Shown here: positions 51,191 through 64,000 of the stretch, in pieces | Layout: the number at the start of each line of letters is the position of its first letter | Position numbering within the stretch: the stretch's first letter is position 1 | NCBI GenBank assembly: GCA_023515725.1 | Contig: JALDTO010000025.1 | Coordinates: forward strand, 1 to 64,000 | Length of the DNA stretch: 64,000 bases | Source of the DNA: Amoeboaphelidium protococcarum X5 | Lineage: Eukaryota; Fungi; Aphelidiomycota | Reading direction: 5' to 3' | Translations under genes and position numbers: made by a program | The notes under the pieces: generated by a model | Database searches by the model: none | Seen by the model: only the letters and a program-made list of their open reading frames with translations | Told to the model about the DNA's origin: nothing

Positions 51191-53167
51191 ATGATTGATT
51201 TTACTCTTATTGGACTTATAGCTGGGTTGATCGTTGGTAATTCATTCTCTCTGGTGATTCCCAGATTGCCGTTCATAACTGGATAGATTAATACTTTTAC
51301 TAGTGCTTTGTCTGCATTGTTTCTTATCGGGCTGTGCAGCCTTCATGGAATATTTATCTTGGATTTATAGTAAGATGATTCTGGCTCTCAGTGGTTTATT
51401 ATCAATGTGCCTGATTTCATCTCTCTCGATGCATCACTAATATCTGCATCTTCTCTCTTCCTATACATCTCTATGGTACAATTGTCTCTGTAGAGGCTGA
51501 GTTATAGCATTGTACATCCCCTTTGCTTGACCATAGCTTTAACATCTGCGCCGTGGATTTACATTCTCCTCAGGTATATTTTGAATGATTAGAATGTGGG
51601 TGACACTGGTTATTCCATGGATGGAAATTTCACTGATCAAGTCCATCTTCCCACTCTAATATCGTCAGCTATTGCAATTATCAGCTGTATAATCGGTGCT
51701 TTGGTATCTTAAATACTTCCGGATCTGGTTTATTATCCTTATACTGTACTATCTTACGCGTCTGCTAGCTCTTCCCTCGAGGCTAGTAATTAGACTGCGG
51801 CGGCGAATGACGCGTCATCTCTGCATGGTGATGATGAGCAGATGCCTCTGCTGGACAATAGACGTCGATCTGGTAGTACGGGCTCTTCTACTGCATCATT
51901 CATAACTGCCACATCTACTTAATCATTGATAATTGATCATAATGATTTGAAAGATCAGACAATGGACTCATAAGTGTTGATCTTCAAAGAGACGTTGCCT
52001 GAGAGTAAGTATGGCACTATGCTTCCCAGCTAATACAGAATTCCATCACTTTACTCAAATATTAACGATGAATCCATTAATGGTCATAATCAAAGTGTCG
52101 AGATTGCCTCGGCATCTAATCTCGATTTTGGCAATAACTAAGTTGTATCACATCATGATATACCACAGCTCTCATTTGCTAATAGTAATAATAATAACAA
52201 CACCGGCGATACTGGATATACTATCAATCCTGCTCTAACTTAAAGCTTGGAATTTGAGGATGATCGTGGCGGTGTTTAGATAAGACGCGTCATCTGTAAT
52301 CTTTTACTTGGATCTCTTCTGACGGTGTTAGCAGGCCTCTCCCTCGCTGTGCTGTCAAGTCATGCACTTTATTACAATGATTAGATTGTAGATAAGTTGG
52401 TGATATTTCCCGGGTAGTAAGACTCACAATTGTCCATTGCACAAGCTGTGACCCAATTGTCGAAATATTTTATGAACTTGAGTTTTGGATCCTTCTCATT
52501 GGTAGTGGCTTTGCTTTTGATTAAATATATCTCTCTAATGGCTATAGAAGTCAAAAAAATCATACTATCATAACGTGATAACTCTGATTATTAGCAAGTA
52601 CCTAGTGGAAATGTCTTTTCTGCCTCATCAACGTCTTATTCAACTGAAGTCGACAGTAGCTCTAATAATAATTTGAATATTAAAAGTATAGCGTGTGGAG
52701 CGGTATTTGGCCTGATCACGTTTGGATGGTTATTTGCTCTATCTATAGTGCAGTGCGTATATGGATTCAAGTATTCAATATCTTCTCTAATCGTCTCCAT
52801 ACCGAGCGGCATTATACTGTGGTCAATGTTCTACCTGCGTGACGTCAATTCCATGTCCTCTCCTCTCGAGATTGCTCACACTACCGCAACTGCAGTTAAT
52901 ACTCACCATAATGCTGCCTAATAAAGATAGCCGCTCACTGCTGATGATCAGTAGACACTCTGCAATCAGTCTGGTACTCCATCATAAAGCTAATAATAAC
53001 GTGTATTGGGATCAAGTGGTGGTATGAGATAATCTCCTCCTCGCCGTACAAGACTAAATGCTAGATTGAAGCTGGGGAGATCCTTCTGTGATATGCGTCT
53101 TCTCCACTTGTTCTTCATATGCTCCCTCTCTTGCTCTCTCCTCTCTTACTATTACTCGATTGTCTGA
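51191..53167 (+). CDS. Multi-pass membrane protein, possibly drug/metabolite transporter superfamily, 658 aa
   Basis: Two blocks of about five hydrophobic helices separated by a long polar loop; segment SIPSGIILWSMFYLRD. Single frame from ATG to TGA. Confidence 0.6.
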
Positions 53168-53289
53168 TATATACAATATAATTATTTTCTACTTTCATTG
53201 ACTTTAACTTTGTATACTAGTAAAATTCATATTTAGAAAAACTAAACAAACCGTTAAGTAATTGTAATTTATATTATTCTTAATGATGA

Positions 53290-54318
53290 TCAAGTGAAGC
53301 GATTGTGATTAGATCTATTTCTAATGACTGAACTTGATGTCGGTTTATACTCGGCAAATGGGTCTGAATGTTTAAACGTCTACATGGATAGAACGTGCGG
53401 TGCCACAAAATCGCCATGGTTTTATGAAGCATCTGCTCGCTATTATTGCTTCTATCCCTACACCTACTACTCCTTTTGGTGATGTGATACGATTGATGAT
53501 GATTACATGTGACTTTTAATATTGATAGGCATGGACTAACTTAGGATTGAGGTATTCACCATGACTTGATCAGCGCCTGAATGTTGTTCGTTCTACAACA
53601 AATCTTCATACTGCTCATCAATGCTATTATCCTCCTCTCTATAAGTCTAAGCAGCCATAAGACTACCTCGACTAACGCCTTATTATAATTATTATTAACG
53701 CCCTTCCATATCCAGTTCAAACACGCCATCATTATCATCATCATTATCGATTGTCGTTTATTCTAATGGCTTTCTTTGTATTTAACTTTGAGCAAAATCT
53801 TATGGAATCTAAGATTAATTGAAACTCGGTGTCATACTGTTAGTCTTCCCAGGATCGGTCTACTTTGGTAGAACTGATTATAAATCTGCTTTTATTCGGG
53901 TAAACACCTACTAAGCAGCCAGTAATCGAGACTCATACTTGTCATTAATTTATCGCATTTATTCATCGCGTTCCAGCTTTAATCGAGTATAATAATCTTT
54001 CATAGCCATCTATACAACTCGCTATAAATGTACAGGATATTAATCGACAGAGACAGAATCTAAAGATGCCTCCACTTGCTACATACTATTCAAGATTGAC
54101 GCCCACTGATCCAAGTCTTTATTAGGCTATTGCAGAGGAGATGTGTCTTGTGCAACAATATTAACTTATAGTCCATCTAATAATCGAATGAACCGAGACT
54201 TTAAAGTATAATCCAGCGCTTGTGAAAATAGAATCACACCACCCACAGCCTAATCAGTAGTGGTCCCGGTGACTTATATTACACAAATATCACATTGACA
54301 TATGAGGCAATGGCTTTT

Positions 54319-54369
<51 letters not shown>

Positions 54370-54531
54370 GATTAAATTAGACTATTACGAATCTTTATCC
54401 TAAACTGAACGCATCAAGTACATCCCACTGACTGAGACGAGAACATCTTGAACCGTGTCTTGTCCCTCAGAACACTCGACCTACATGCTCACATTATTAC
54501 AGTGACACTGAATCCTTCTAGTATTATTCAT
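53290..54531 (-). CDS. Hypothetical polyQ protein with PRAS40/Lobe-like motif order, 413 aa
   Basis: IQCHCNNV..Q16..HCLICQC..coiled coil..DDDNDGVFELDME..ILSQSMPINI..DFVAPHVLS. One frame under table 6. Confidence 0.7.
54322..54369 (-). repeat. (TAA)16 microsatellite encoding polyglutamine
   Basis: Sixteen consecutive in-frame TAA codons inside the 53290-54531 CDS. Confidence 0.9.
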
Positions 54532-54568
54532 GATCTTTTGATTAGGCAGATTATAAACGCTACAAAGG

Positions 54569-54569
<1 letters not shown>

Positions 54570-54611
<42 letters not shown>
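54570..54611 (+). repeat. (TAA)14 microsatellite, non-coding, inverted relative to the 54322-54369 repeat
   Basis: Direct read; begins 39 nt upstream of the ATG at 54531. Confidence 0.9.
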
Positions 54612-55223
54612 GGAGACAGAAATATAACAAAATGATGAACAAATTCTCTTGTATAAAAGAAGAAGAAAGCGTCAAAAGGCAATAAAAGAGTATCTCCAAT
54701 CAGACAGAGTGAGGAAAAGACGCGTAAATTGTTTGAGCAATTTAACGGTAGAAATCGACATTTTCCATCGATACAGCAAGTCTCTATCATTTTAACACCA
54801 AAACGAACACGAGGCATAAAGAGAGGGAGAATGAGAGAGAGAGAGTAAGATGTGAAAAGCAATTTCAGAGTGAAACAAATGAACACTGAAGTGACGCGAG
54901 ACGGGGATCGACAGAGAAGCGAGAAAATGTAACTAATATTATGAACATCAACGTAAGCATTCATTCAATTCCGTAATTCAGTAGAGTAAAAATTAATCTA
55001 TATTTCAGTAATGAGAATGAGATTCGCGCATATAGTTGTTTGCTTTTTACAGAATTTTTTGGCTCTTCTCTATGCTTTGTCTCACTTTTATTCTTCTCTC
55101 TCTTTCTTCTGTTCGTTCACTCATCGGTCGGGACTGAATTTGAATTTGTTCACACTTTTTTTCAGTTTTAGTTGATAGATTCGATCTTGATATACATTAT
55201 ATTCATTCACACGGAAGATCTGA

Positions 55224-58200
55224 ATGACATTAGACACAGAGTCTGTGAGATCTGTATCTAGAGCCTCATCTATACGTAGCTGGAGAGATTTTTACGATGA
55301 TGAGGATCCGTACGATTTTGGTATTGCATACGATGGCGATAGCGATGGCGATGATCATGAGTACTATGGTGGTGCTGAGTCGTCTGATGGAGATGAGCAG
55401 CATCATTTGGATGAAGATGGACATAGTCGGAGTAGTCCTCGCCATAATCATCATCAGTAATAATAGCGGAGGAGAAGAGTCAGACGGCGGTCTTCTGTTA
55501 TGCGGACACCTAAAGCTCACATGTCCCAGCCGTTCGTTATCGAGAGTAATGGAAGTAGTCCGATGATGGAGGAGCGATTGACAGAGATGATGCAGCAGTA
55601 TGATAGTGAGCCTTTGAATGGAGATTTGGCTGGTAGAAATGGTGATTCTAGATCTATGAGAATGTAATCATCCACACATTAAACTATCGCTTTGGAAGAA
55701 GATTTACAATGTGATATTTATGGATACTCTATTCACCCATTCAAGTATGCATGTTATTTATTCGGATGTGTGTTGAGTGTGGGGGTTCTGTTCTTACTAT
55801 GTCGATGGTTTCCGCGTCTGTATATATCATGCACTTGTAGACGCACACCTTTTCATAAATGCCAGATGTTGTTTATAAAGTCCACTTGGAAGCATGTTGA
55901 TATAGTGCCCATACAAGTGAACATTTACGAGGATGCCGCCAAGTTGCATCAGATTCTATCTATGAACGCGACTTCTCTGTCCAGGTCTCCGTCTGATTAT
56001 GATGCTCACACCTTGAAGTCTTTTGATTATCATTGCATGAAGTTCATCTATAATCCTATAACTTCGCTCTTTATTGAGAACACTGCCTGGAGAGATAGTA
56101 GAGAGAAGTCTGTGCCTAGTCTTAGTCGCGGTTTAAGTACTCGACAGGAAGTGCGGGAGCGTCAGTTATTGTTTGGAAAGAATTCTATTGATATTCCCAT
56201 TAAATCGGATTGGAAATTGTTGGTGGATGAGATTTTGCATCCGTTCTATGTCTTTTAATTGTTCAGTATCATGCTGTGGATCGCTGAGAATTATTATTAC
56301 TATGCCGCGTGTATATTTCTCATCTCAACCGGGTCTTCAGTATCTGCACTGCTGGAGACTAAGCGGAATTTGCAGCGGTTGAGGGACATGACGCATCATT
56401 AGTGCAGCGTCAACGTTTTACGGTCAGGTGTGTGGATTCGTATATCATCTTAGGATCTGGTGCCTGGTGATGTTTATGATCTCTCATCTATCGAGGAATA
56501 TCGCGGTGAAGTTGAGTAATAGTCAGATGATCAAGTGGATATTGACGATGATGATGAGGATAAAGGTAGAGACTTTGGCGTAAATGATATGGTCATCCCG
56601 TGTGACTCCATAATGATCAATGGCGATTGTATTGTGAATGAAAGTATGCTGACTGGTGAGAGTGTCCCCGTACCAAAGATTCCATTGAGTAATCATATGG
56701 TGCATTAACTTGATGATTTGAACAATATTGATTCAAAGCATTATCTGTACAATGGAACAAAGATTGTACGCGTCAGAACTGTTGGTAAATAGACTCCTTC
56801 TACCGATTAATCTACCAATACCGTCGTACCATCTCATACTGATGGAATAGCGTGTGCAATGGCCGTCAGAACTGGATTTAACACTACTAAAGGCAGTTTA
56901 ATTCGGGCTATTCTGTATCCAAAGCCCACCAGCTTCAAATTCTATGAAGATTCATTCAAGTTTATTGGCATTCTGGCGTGTATTGCTCTAGTTGGATTTA
57001 TCTATTCTATTTATCAGTATGTTAAGGGAGGAGCTGTTTGGTGGCTGGTTGTGATAAGAGCTTTCGATTTGTTCACCATCGTTGTGCCTCCAGCCCTGCC
57101 AGCTGCAATGTCTGTTGGTATTGCCTTTGCCATTGCCAGATTGAAGCATCGCGACATTTATTGCATCAGTCCACCACGTATTAATGTGTGCGGTAAGTTG
57201 GATCTTTTTGTATTTGACAAGACTGGTACTTTGACTGAAGAAGGTTTAGATGTTCTTGGTGTCATTGAATCATCTGGTGATGGTATGAGTGACTTGATCA
57301 CTTCTGCGGATGATTTACAGTCTGGCAATTAGAACAATTTTTAGCAGATATCAAATGGTGGTGAATAATAGCGGTAATAGTAATCTGCTTTAGATATCAA
57401 GTTTGTAGAAGCTTTAGCTTCTTGTCATTCGATTAAAGTTGCTCATGGTGTAGAAGTTGGCGATCCGCTGGATTTGAAGATGATGGCCTTCACCAATTGG
57501 ATCATTGATGAGCCGGAGAATCACGCCATGGTTTATGTGAGGCCGAAGCATTGTGAGGCTATCGAGAATTACGATCTATTTACCATGGATTATACCTCAC
57601 CTACTCGTTCAGCATCCGATATGGATTCTGTGGAGATGGCCATTATAAAGGAGTTTGAATTTGTCTCCTCCCTGCGAAGAATGTCTGTTATCGTGAAAAA
57701 GCTACATGACAAGTCCGTTAAGGTGTACTGTAAAGGTGCTCCTGAGGTTCTGATTTCACTGTGCACGCCCGAATCAGTTCCATCAGATTTTATGGAAGTT
57801 GTTGATTATCACGCACAGAATGGTCATCGTATAATTGCATTCGCTGGCAAGCAGATGGTGGGTGTTAATTGGCGAAAATCATAGTCACTGGATAGGGGCG
57901 ATGTTGAGAGTGATTTGCACCTTCTGGGTATTATGGTATTTGAGAATAAGTTGAAGGAGGAATCGGATCCCACCATTCGTGCTCTCACCGCCTCCCAGAT
58001 GAAGTCTGTCATGTGTACGGGAGATAATCTGTTAACAGCTGTAAATGTTGGAAAAGATTGCTCTATCATCAACCATGATGCTGCTGTTTATGTCCCTAGA
58101 TTTGAAGTTGATTTTACCGGACGAGACATTGTGTAGTGGAGGTAGTTGCTTGATGATAGTTTGACTTTGGACCCGCAGACATTGTGTCCACTGCAAGGCT

Positions 58201-59480
58201 ATACTCGTGACTCTTAAGATTCTATACGCGAGAATGGTAAATCTTAATTATCCAGTTAATCGTCTGTTGACGTTAAGCAGACTAAAAATATGAATGCCAA
58301 TGGTGGGATGAAAATGCAGAAGAAGAAAAAGTTTAGTGTTGCTAGTGGCATTTCAGGTATGAATGGTGGTCAGGATATCGTCATTGATGTTGATGGAATG
58401 CTTCCAGAGTATACTCTTGCATGTACTGGCGACGTGTTTTAATACTTGATTGGTAATTTGTCTTAGGATATGCTCAGACTATTTCTCTCAAAAACCTCAA
58501 TTTATGCCAGAATGTCACCAGACTAGAAGTGTGAGCTGGTCGAAAGATTCATGTCTTTCGGGTACTGTGTGAGTATGGTTGGCGATGGCGCTAATGATTG
58601 TGCTGCCCTCAGAGCTTCTGATGTTGGAATATCACTGTCTGAAAATGAATCCTCCGTTGCTGCTCCTCTTACATCCACGGTGACTAATATAAGCTGTGTG
58701 CTGGATGTGGTAAGGTAAGGTAGAGCTGCTCTGGTTACTAGCTTTACCTGCTTTAAGTTTATCGCTCTTTATAGCATGATCCAATTTACATCTGCATGTC
58801 TGCTGTATACTCTAACTGGAAATCTGGGAGACTTTTAGTACCTGTACATTGACGTGTTTCTCATTTTGCCATTAGCATTGTTCATGGGCAAGACTGAGGC
58901 TGCTGACGCGATAAGTATTCGGCGTCCGACAGCCAGTCTGGTATCGCGTAAAGTTATAGTTTCTCTTTTGGGATAGACAATGTTGCAGTTTGCATTTCAG
59001 TTGTCGCTATTCATGATTGTCAAGCAGTAGAGTTGGTATGAACTTCCAGATAGAATGCCGGAGGAGAAGAATATCAGGAGCTTTGAGAACACTTGTCTCT
59101 TCAAATTCTCAACCTTCCTATACATGACAGTTGCAGTTGTATTTAATCGTGGCCCACCGTTTAGAAAGGCGATTTATACCAATGCTCCCTTTGTGATCTC
59201 TGTCATTGTCTTGCTGTGCATTTCTGTGATGTTTGTCCTCTGGCCGCCTCAGTTTGTCAAGAATGTTCTCGAGTTTGAGGAAATACCTCCAGTGTTTGGT
59301 TTATTCATTCTGGCTCTTGCCGCAGTTGCTTTTACACTCTCCTGGCTGTCTGAATATGTCTTATTCCCGATTATTGATCGTTCCATAGGTCGCCTAAGTG
59401 GTGCCATTTCCCGAGTGCACAGGTTGACGCGAAGAGACATTCATTATCATCAGCTAGATGATAGCCATCAATAGTAGTGA
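55224..59480 (+). CDS. YPK9: P5B-type ATPase (Ypk9/ATP13A2-like polyamine transporter), 1418 aa, intronless
   Basis: HPFYVF(Q=TAA)[79 protein letters not shown](Q=TAG)[16 protein letters not shown]. Confidence 0.95.
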
Positions 59481-59718
59481 ATTTGCACCTTATAATATTA
59501 ATTACATGTACTCTATGTTATAATATGACTTGTGATTTATTTATATTGCTTTTATGACTTACTTTGTATCATTAGATTCAATTCGCTGTAGTATCATCTC
59601 GTCCAGGGACATCCCTTAAGAGAGCTCTACTTTATCATTCGCGTGTTTTCAGTCATTACTGTCTCATCTGAATTAACTTCATTGACTATATTTAAAGCAC
59701 TGGCTTATTCATATTGAT

Positions 59719-61296
59719 ATGACAAATACAGCAAGAGCTCCTGTGGTGGAAAATTAGCACAATATAGATAATTAGAAAGTTGATGAGGAAGAGTTTGAGA
59801 CTCCAGAAGGAACTGTGGATGTTTCATTGACTTCATTCGACCAAGAGATCCTCCTGGAACTGCAGGACACCCTGGACACTGTGTCTGTTGGTCAGTCATT
59901 ATCGCAGCGGTTGTAAGAGTTCTAATCTGAAATGGATATTACTCAACTTAAAGAGAGACTTGATTCGTATGTGGATCGTATGTTAAAGTGCTAACAATTG
60001 CTGGACAATACGATGTAATAGATGAATGTTAGGAATGAGACTTATCTCAAGGATATTGCTGCACAAGAGAAACTAAAGAGGAAATTACTTATTACTATTA
60101 AAGACTAAAGTTAAAAGGTGGTTCATTTGGAATCTAAATTAAGTCTGTCGAATTAAAGAGTGTAATAGCTGGAGAGTGAGGTGTCTGCATTGAAAGCTAA
60201 ATACCCCCATAGTGTTGAAACTCAGAATACCGAAGTGAGTCTGTTAAAACAACACAATGCTAAAATGATTGAAAAGATGAAATATGCTCAGGCAATTAAG
60301 TAGAAGTGGTTATAGGCAGAATTGGATAAAGAAGCTCTGTAGAAGGAGTTAAAGTCTTTGAAGCGTGAGGTATAGTCTACGCGTTCTGGCCAGGAGAATA
60401 TGGAGGATGATTCACGGTTTAATCAGAGCAAGTCTAATGTAACTATACTTAATGATTAGTAATTTATTGACACTTTAGAATCTGCACTGGATTGTTTGAA
60501 TATTCAAAGAGGACATGGTAAGGATGAAGAATCTGTTGGAATGCAGATTGTCGCTCTGTATGAACACGCAATGCTTTTGTAAGAGTAGAATCAACTTCTA
60601 AAAGAGGATCTGTAACATTAGAAAGATTAATACACACAACTCGTTTAAAGCAGTTAGGAGCGTATTTAATCACAAGTAGGTGCTGGTAAGTTGGTCAAAT
60701 CACTTGATTAAAAGTTGGTTCTGATCAAGTAGAAGTATGAAGAGATGATTCAGTAATTACTGTCTACACTCAAGGATCAGTAGACTGCGATTAATGATAA
60801 GAATGTCATTATTCAACAATTGTCTCAGAAGTTTAAGATTCCAGAAATTTTGATAAAGTAGTCTAGTGGAAATTTGATTGAAGCAACTGATAACAGTCAC
60901 GTTCAGGCCTAGTAGTAGTAATAATAATAGCATGATGGTGGTGGATCTAAAGCTGATCTGGACTCTCAAGTTCAATCACCATCTAACCTGAAAGAGCGTA
61001 AAGCATCGTCGTTACTACAAGTCACTGATAAATCCATGCTGCGCTTGGACATTATAGATGCCAAGAATGGAGGTTTAAAAAGTCCGTCCATGACTCTTCT
61101 ATCCCCCAAATCTTCTAAAAGTCAACTGCTTGCCATCAGAAAGTCAAGTTCAGATTTAGCTCCGCGTAAATTGAGCTTTGAGCACGCCAAGTCCACCTCT
61201 GACTTGGTTGATTCTGGTGCGCACGGGTCAGACAATTACTCTCGTCCTGTCAGTCCTCCACTCTATAAATCTCAGTCTTCCATACTTTTGGATTGA
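59719..61296 (+). CDS. Hypothetical coiled-coil protein, 525 aa
   Basis: ATG-to-TGA frame under table 6; extended Leu/Gln/Glu/Lys heptads and a Ser/Pro-rich tail. Confidence 0.75.
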
Positions 61297-61435
61297 TTGA
61301 ATGACTCTTTAACTTAATGTAAAGTTGCTCGAGTTGATACTAACTTGCCGTTTCACTTTGAACGTTTCTCCTTCTCATTTAAACGCGTTCTGCTCTTTCA
61401 AAGACAACACCCGATAAAATAATACAGCAGAGGAT

Positions 61436-62062
61436 ATGAAAGGCAATTAAGACTGGGCAATTCCAAATATAAATAGTCTAAAGTCTCAGCAGAGCAGACT
61501 TTTGTAAATTAAAGAGGAAATTGAGATTGCCTCCGACTTTGACTCTTCTTAATCTACTGGTGACGTTGAAAACGCGTAACCGATAGTCAACATCTTATCT
61601 AAATATCCGGTGCAAGAGCCTCTGTATAAACGTTTAAAAAGGTACTGTAATATACATTTACTAGAGTAAAATTGTAATCAAGTAAAACAATGTAGTAATA
61701 ATCAGGAAGTGAGTAAGACTGGAAGATTTACACAGTAATGGAACGAGTTTGTTGATGACATGCACCGGGCCACAGTATCCTTTGAAACAATGACAAGTCA
61801 GCCGGTAATGGATCTGTTGATTGTGGAAGTCACGGCCTAAACTGACCGATATCTTGAAGGAACGTGTCGGCCAACTGAAGGCTCTGATGATCATGATGAT
61901 GGAGATGATGAAACACAAAAGATTGGCCGATTCTTGATGGAATGTAAGCGGAGCGAATAGACGAAACGGTTGATCGGCTAACTACCTTGTGTTATATCCT
62001 GTTACTAGCCATGCTCTCGTGTCGGGGATTTAGTTATCATTTCCAACTATATAATTAAATGA
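61436..62062 (+). CDS. Hypothetical protein (~190-208 aa; possible in-frame 54-nt intron 61642-61695)
   Basis: ATG-to-TGA frame under table 6 that fills the gap between two genes and contains a GTACTG..TGTAG segment. No family recognised. Confidence 0.5.
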
Positions 62063-62296
62063 TACTGTATCAAGAATTTTAATTAAGCTTAACTTTACTC
62101 TACATGTAAGCTCAGATTGATACACTCGGAAATTACACGTTGTAAGGAGAGAATGCGTGTGCTTGAATTCTTGTGACTCTCCTGATCAGATTTTAAGCAA
62201 CTCTTCTTTTACGCGTTTTTCATCTCTACTGTGATATATAAACTAAAAAGCACATAGCTTTAGTATTTAAACTATTTAAATATAATCAAATCTTAG

Positions 62297-63304
<1,008 letters not shown>

Positions 63305-63360
63305 TTGATTGATTATATACATTTTATTAAATAGATAGATTGATTGATTGAGATATGTCA

Positions 63361-64000
63361 TCATTTTCTTAATTTGTTGCTTCCCTTGTTGAAGAGACTC
63401 TTGAAGTTGAAGCTCTACTTTTTACCGCCATCCTTAATTGGTTGATGAGCAGATTTCCCGCTTGTGGAAACGGCCTTTACATTCGCAGTCGATACTTCCC
63501 TGCAGTGCCTTTTAGATGCACCGGGCAATTTCATAATCATTCCACAATTGTGGCACTTGATAGACTACACACGCGTCATATCATTTACATTACTTAGATT
63601 GAATAAGATTCAAAAAATGAAGTTTACAATGTAATTTTTATGCGTGCGCTGATATTTGGCTTTAGTGATCGAACGATTGATCCATTATTACTATGCTGAT
63701 ACAGGCTCGCATGTATTATTTCCACTCGCAGAAGACTTTGATCGTTATCGCTTTATTGTTACCACTCTTTAGGTGCAATTTTAGCCAGGTATTAATAAGA
63801 TATCACACTGGGAGCATATTTATCTCTCAATCTTTGGTGACATCACCGCGTTAGATTCCACGACTTGATCTTGAAAACATCGACTACAAACTCTCATTAT
63901 AATCACTATGTTTAGATATATATTGAGCATTTAATCTCACTTAAAATATGTAGATAGAGCGGATAAAGATTTCTACTCACTATTTTGGCTCAGCGACGCG
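63361..64000 (-). CDS. RNase P/MRP subunit Rpp21/Rpr2/Snm1 family (5' partial; introns 63884-63940 and 63565-63627)
   Basis: Spliced translation MSPKIERQICSQCDILLIPGQNCTQRV..KNYISIKCHNCG has the twin CxxC pattern and LIPG motif. Confidence 0.8.

Noticed and set aside
54481-54964. ORFs with poly-Ile and poly-Tyr in the track
   Set aside because: Translations of a non-coding (TAA)14 microsatellite in a divergent promoter region.
59920-60000. LKERLDSYVDRM resembles the intermediate-filament/lamin coil 1A motif LNDRLAxYIDRV
   Set aside because: No coil-2 end motif (EIATYRKLLEGE), lamin tail domain or CaaX; treated as a generic coiled coil.
61700-62062. Possible SPIDR-like/OB-fold character of the 61436 ORF
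   Set aside because: Resemblance is too weak to support by eye; left as hypothetical.

Overview
Gene-dense eukaryotic nuclear DNA with about 31 protein-coding genes, short intergenic spacers and few introns. It must be read with TAA/TAG = Gln and TGA as the only stop (translation table 6). The supplied ORF track uses the standard code, so it breaks every gene into fragments. I re-translated by hand; conserved Gln positions are encoded by TAR in several unrelated families. Fungus-like proteins plus this code point to an aphelid such as Amoeboaphelidium protococcarum (inference). Recognisable genes: a Crinkler-type REase-kinase, P4- and P5B-ATPases, SF3B2, Mia40, a long-type adenylate kinase, ALG11, Dicer, Timeless/Tof1, Sec62, Per1, ATR, Cds1, tropomyosin, NDUFB2, Hop1, Bin3/MEPCE, PRMT1 and Rpp21. 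The two most unusual items are (1) a polyQ protein ending in an apparently catalytically dead XerC/XerD-type tyrosine-recombinase domain, a candidate domesticated integrase acting as a transcription factor, and (2) a gp2.5-like OB-fold ssDNA-binding gene with a perfect 12-7-12 inverted repeat upstream. Other points: all 11 supported introns end in TGTAG, several genes have TGAN stop repeats after the stop, ATR has an in-frame TGA, and there are candidate PRAS40-, GPS2- and CHCHD4-type 'animal-like' proteins. All family calls rest on motif recognition by eye; no searches were run.
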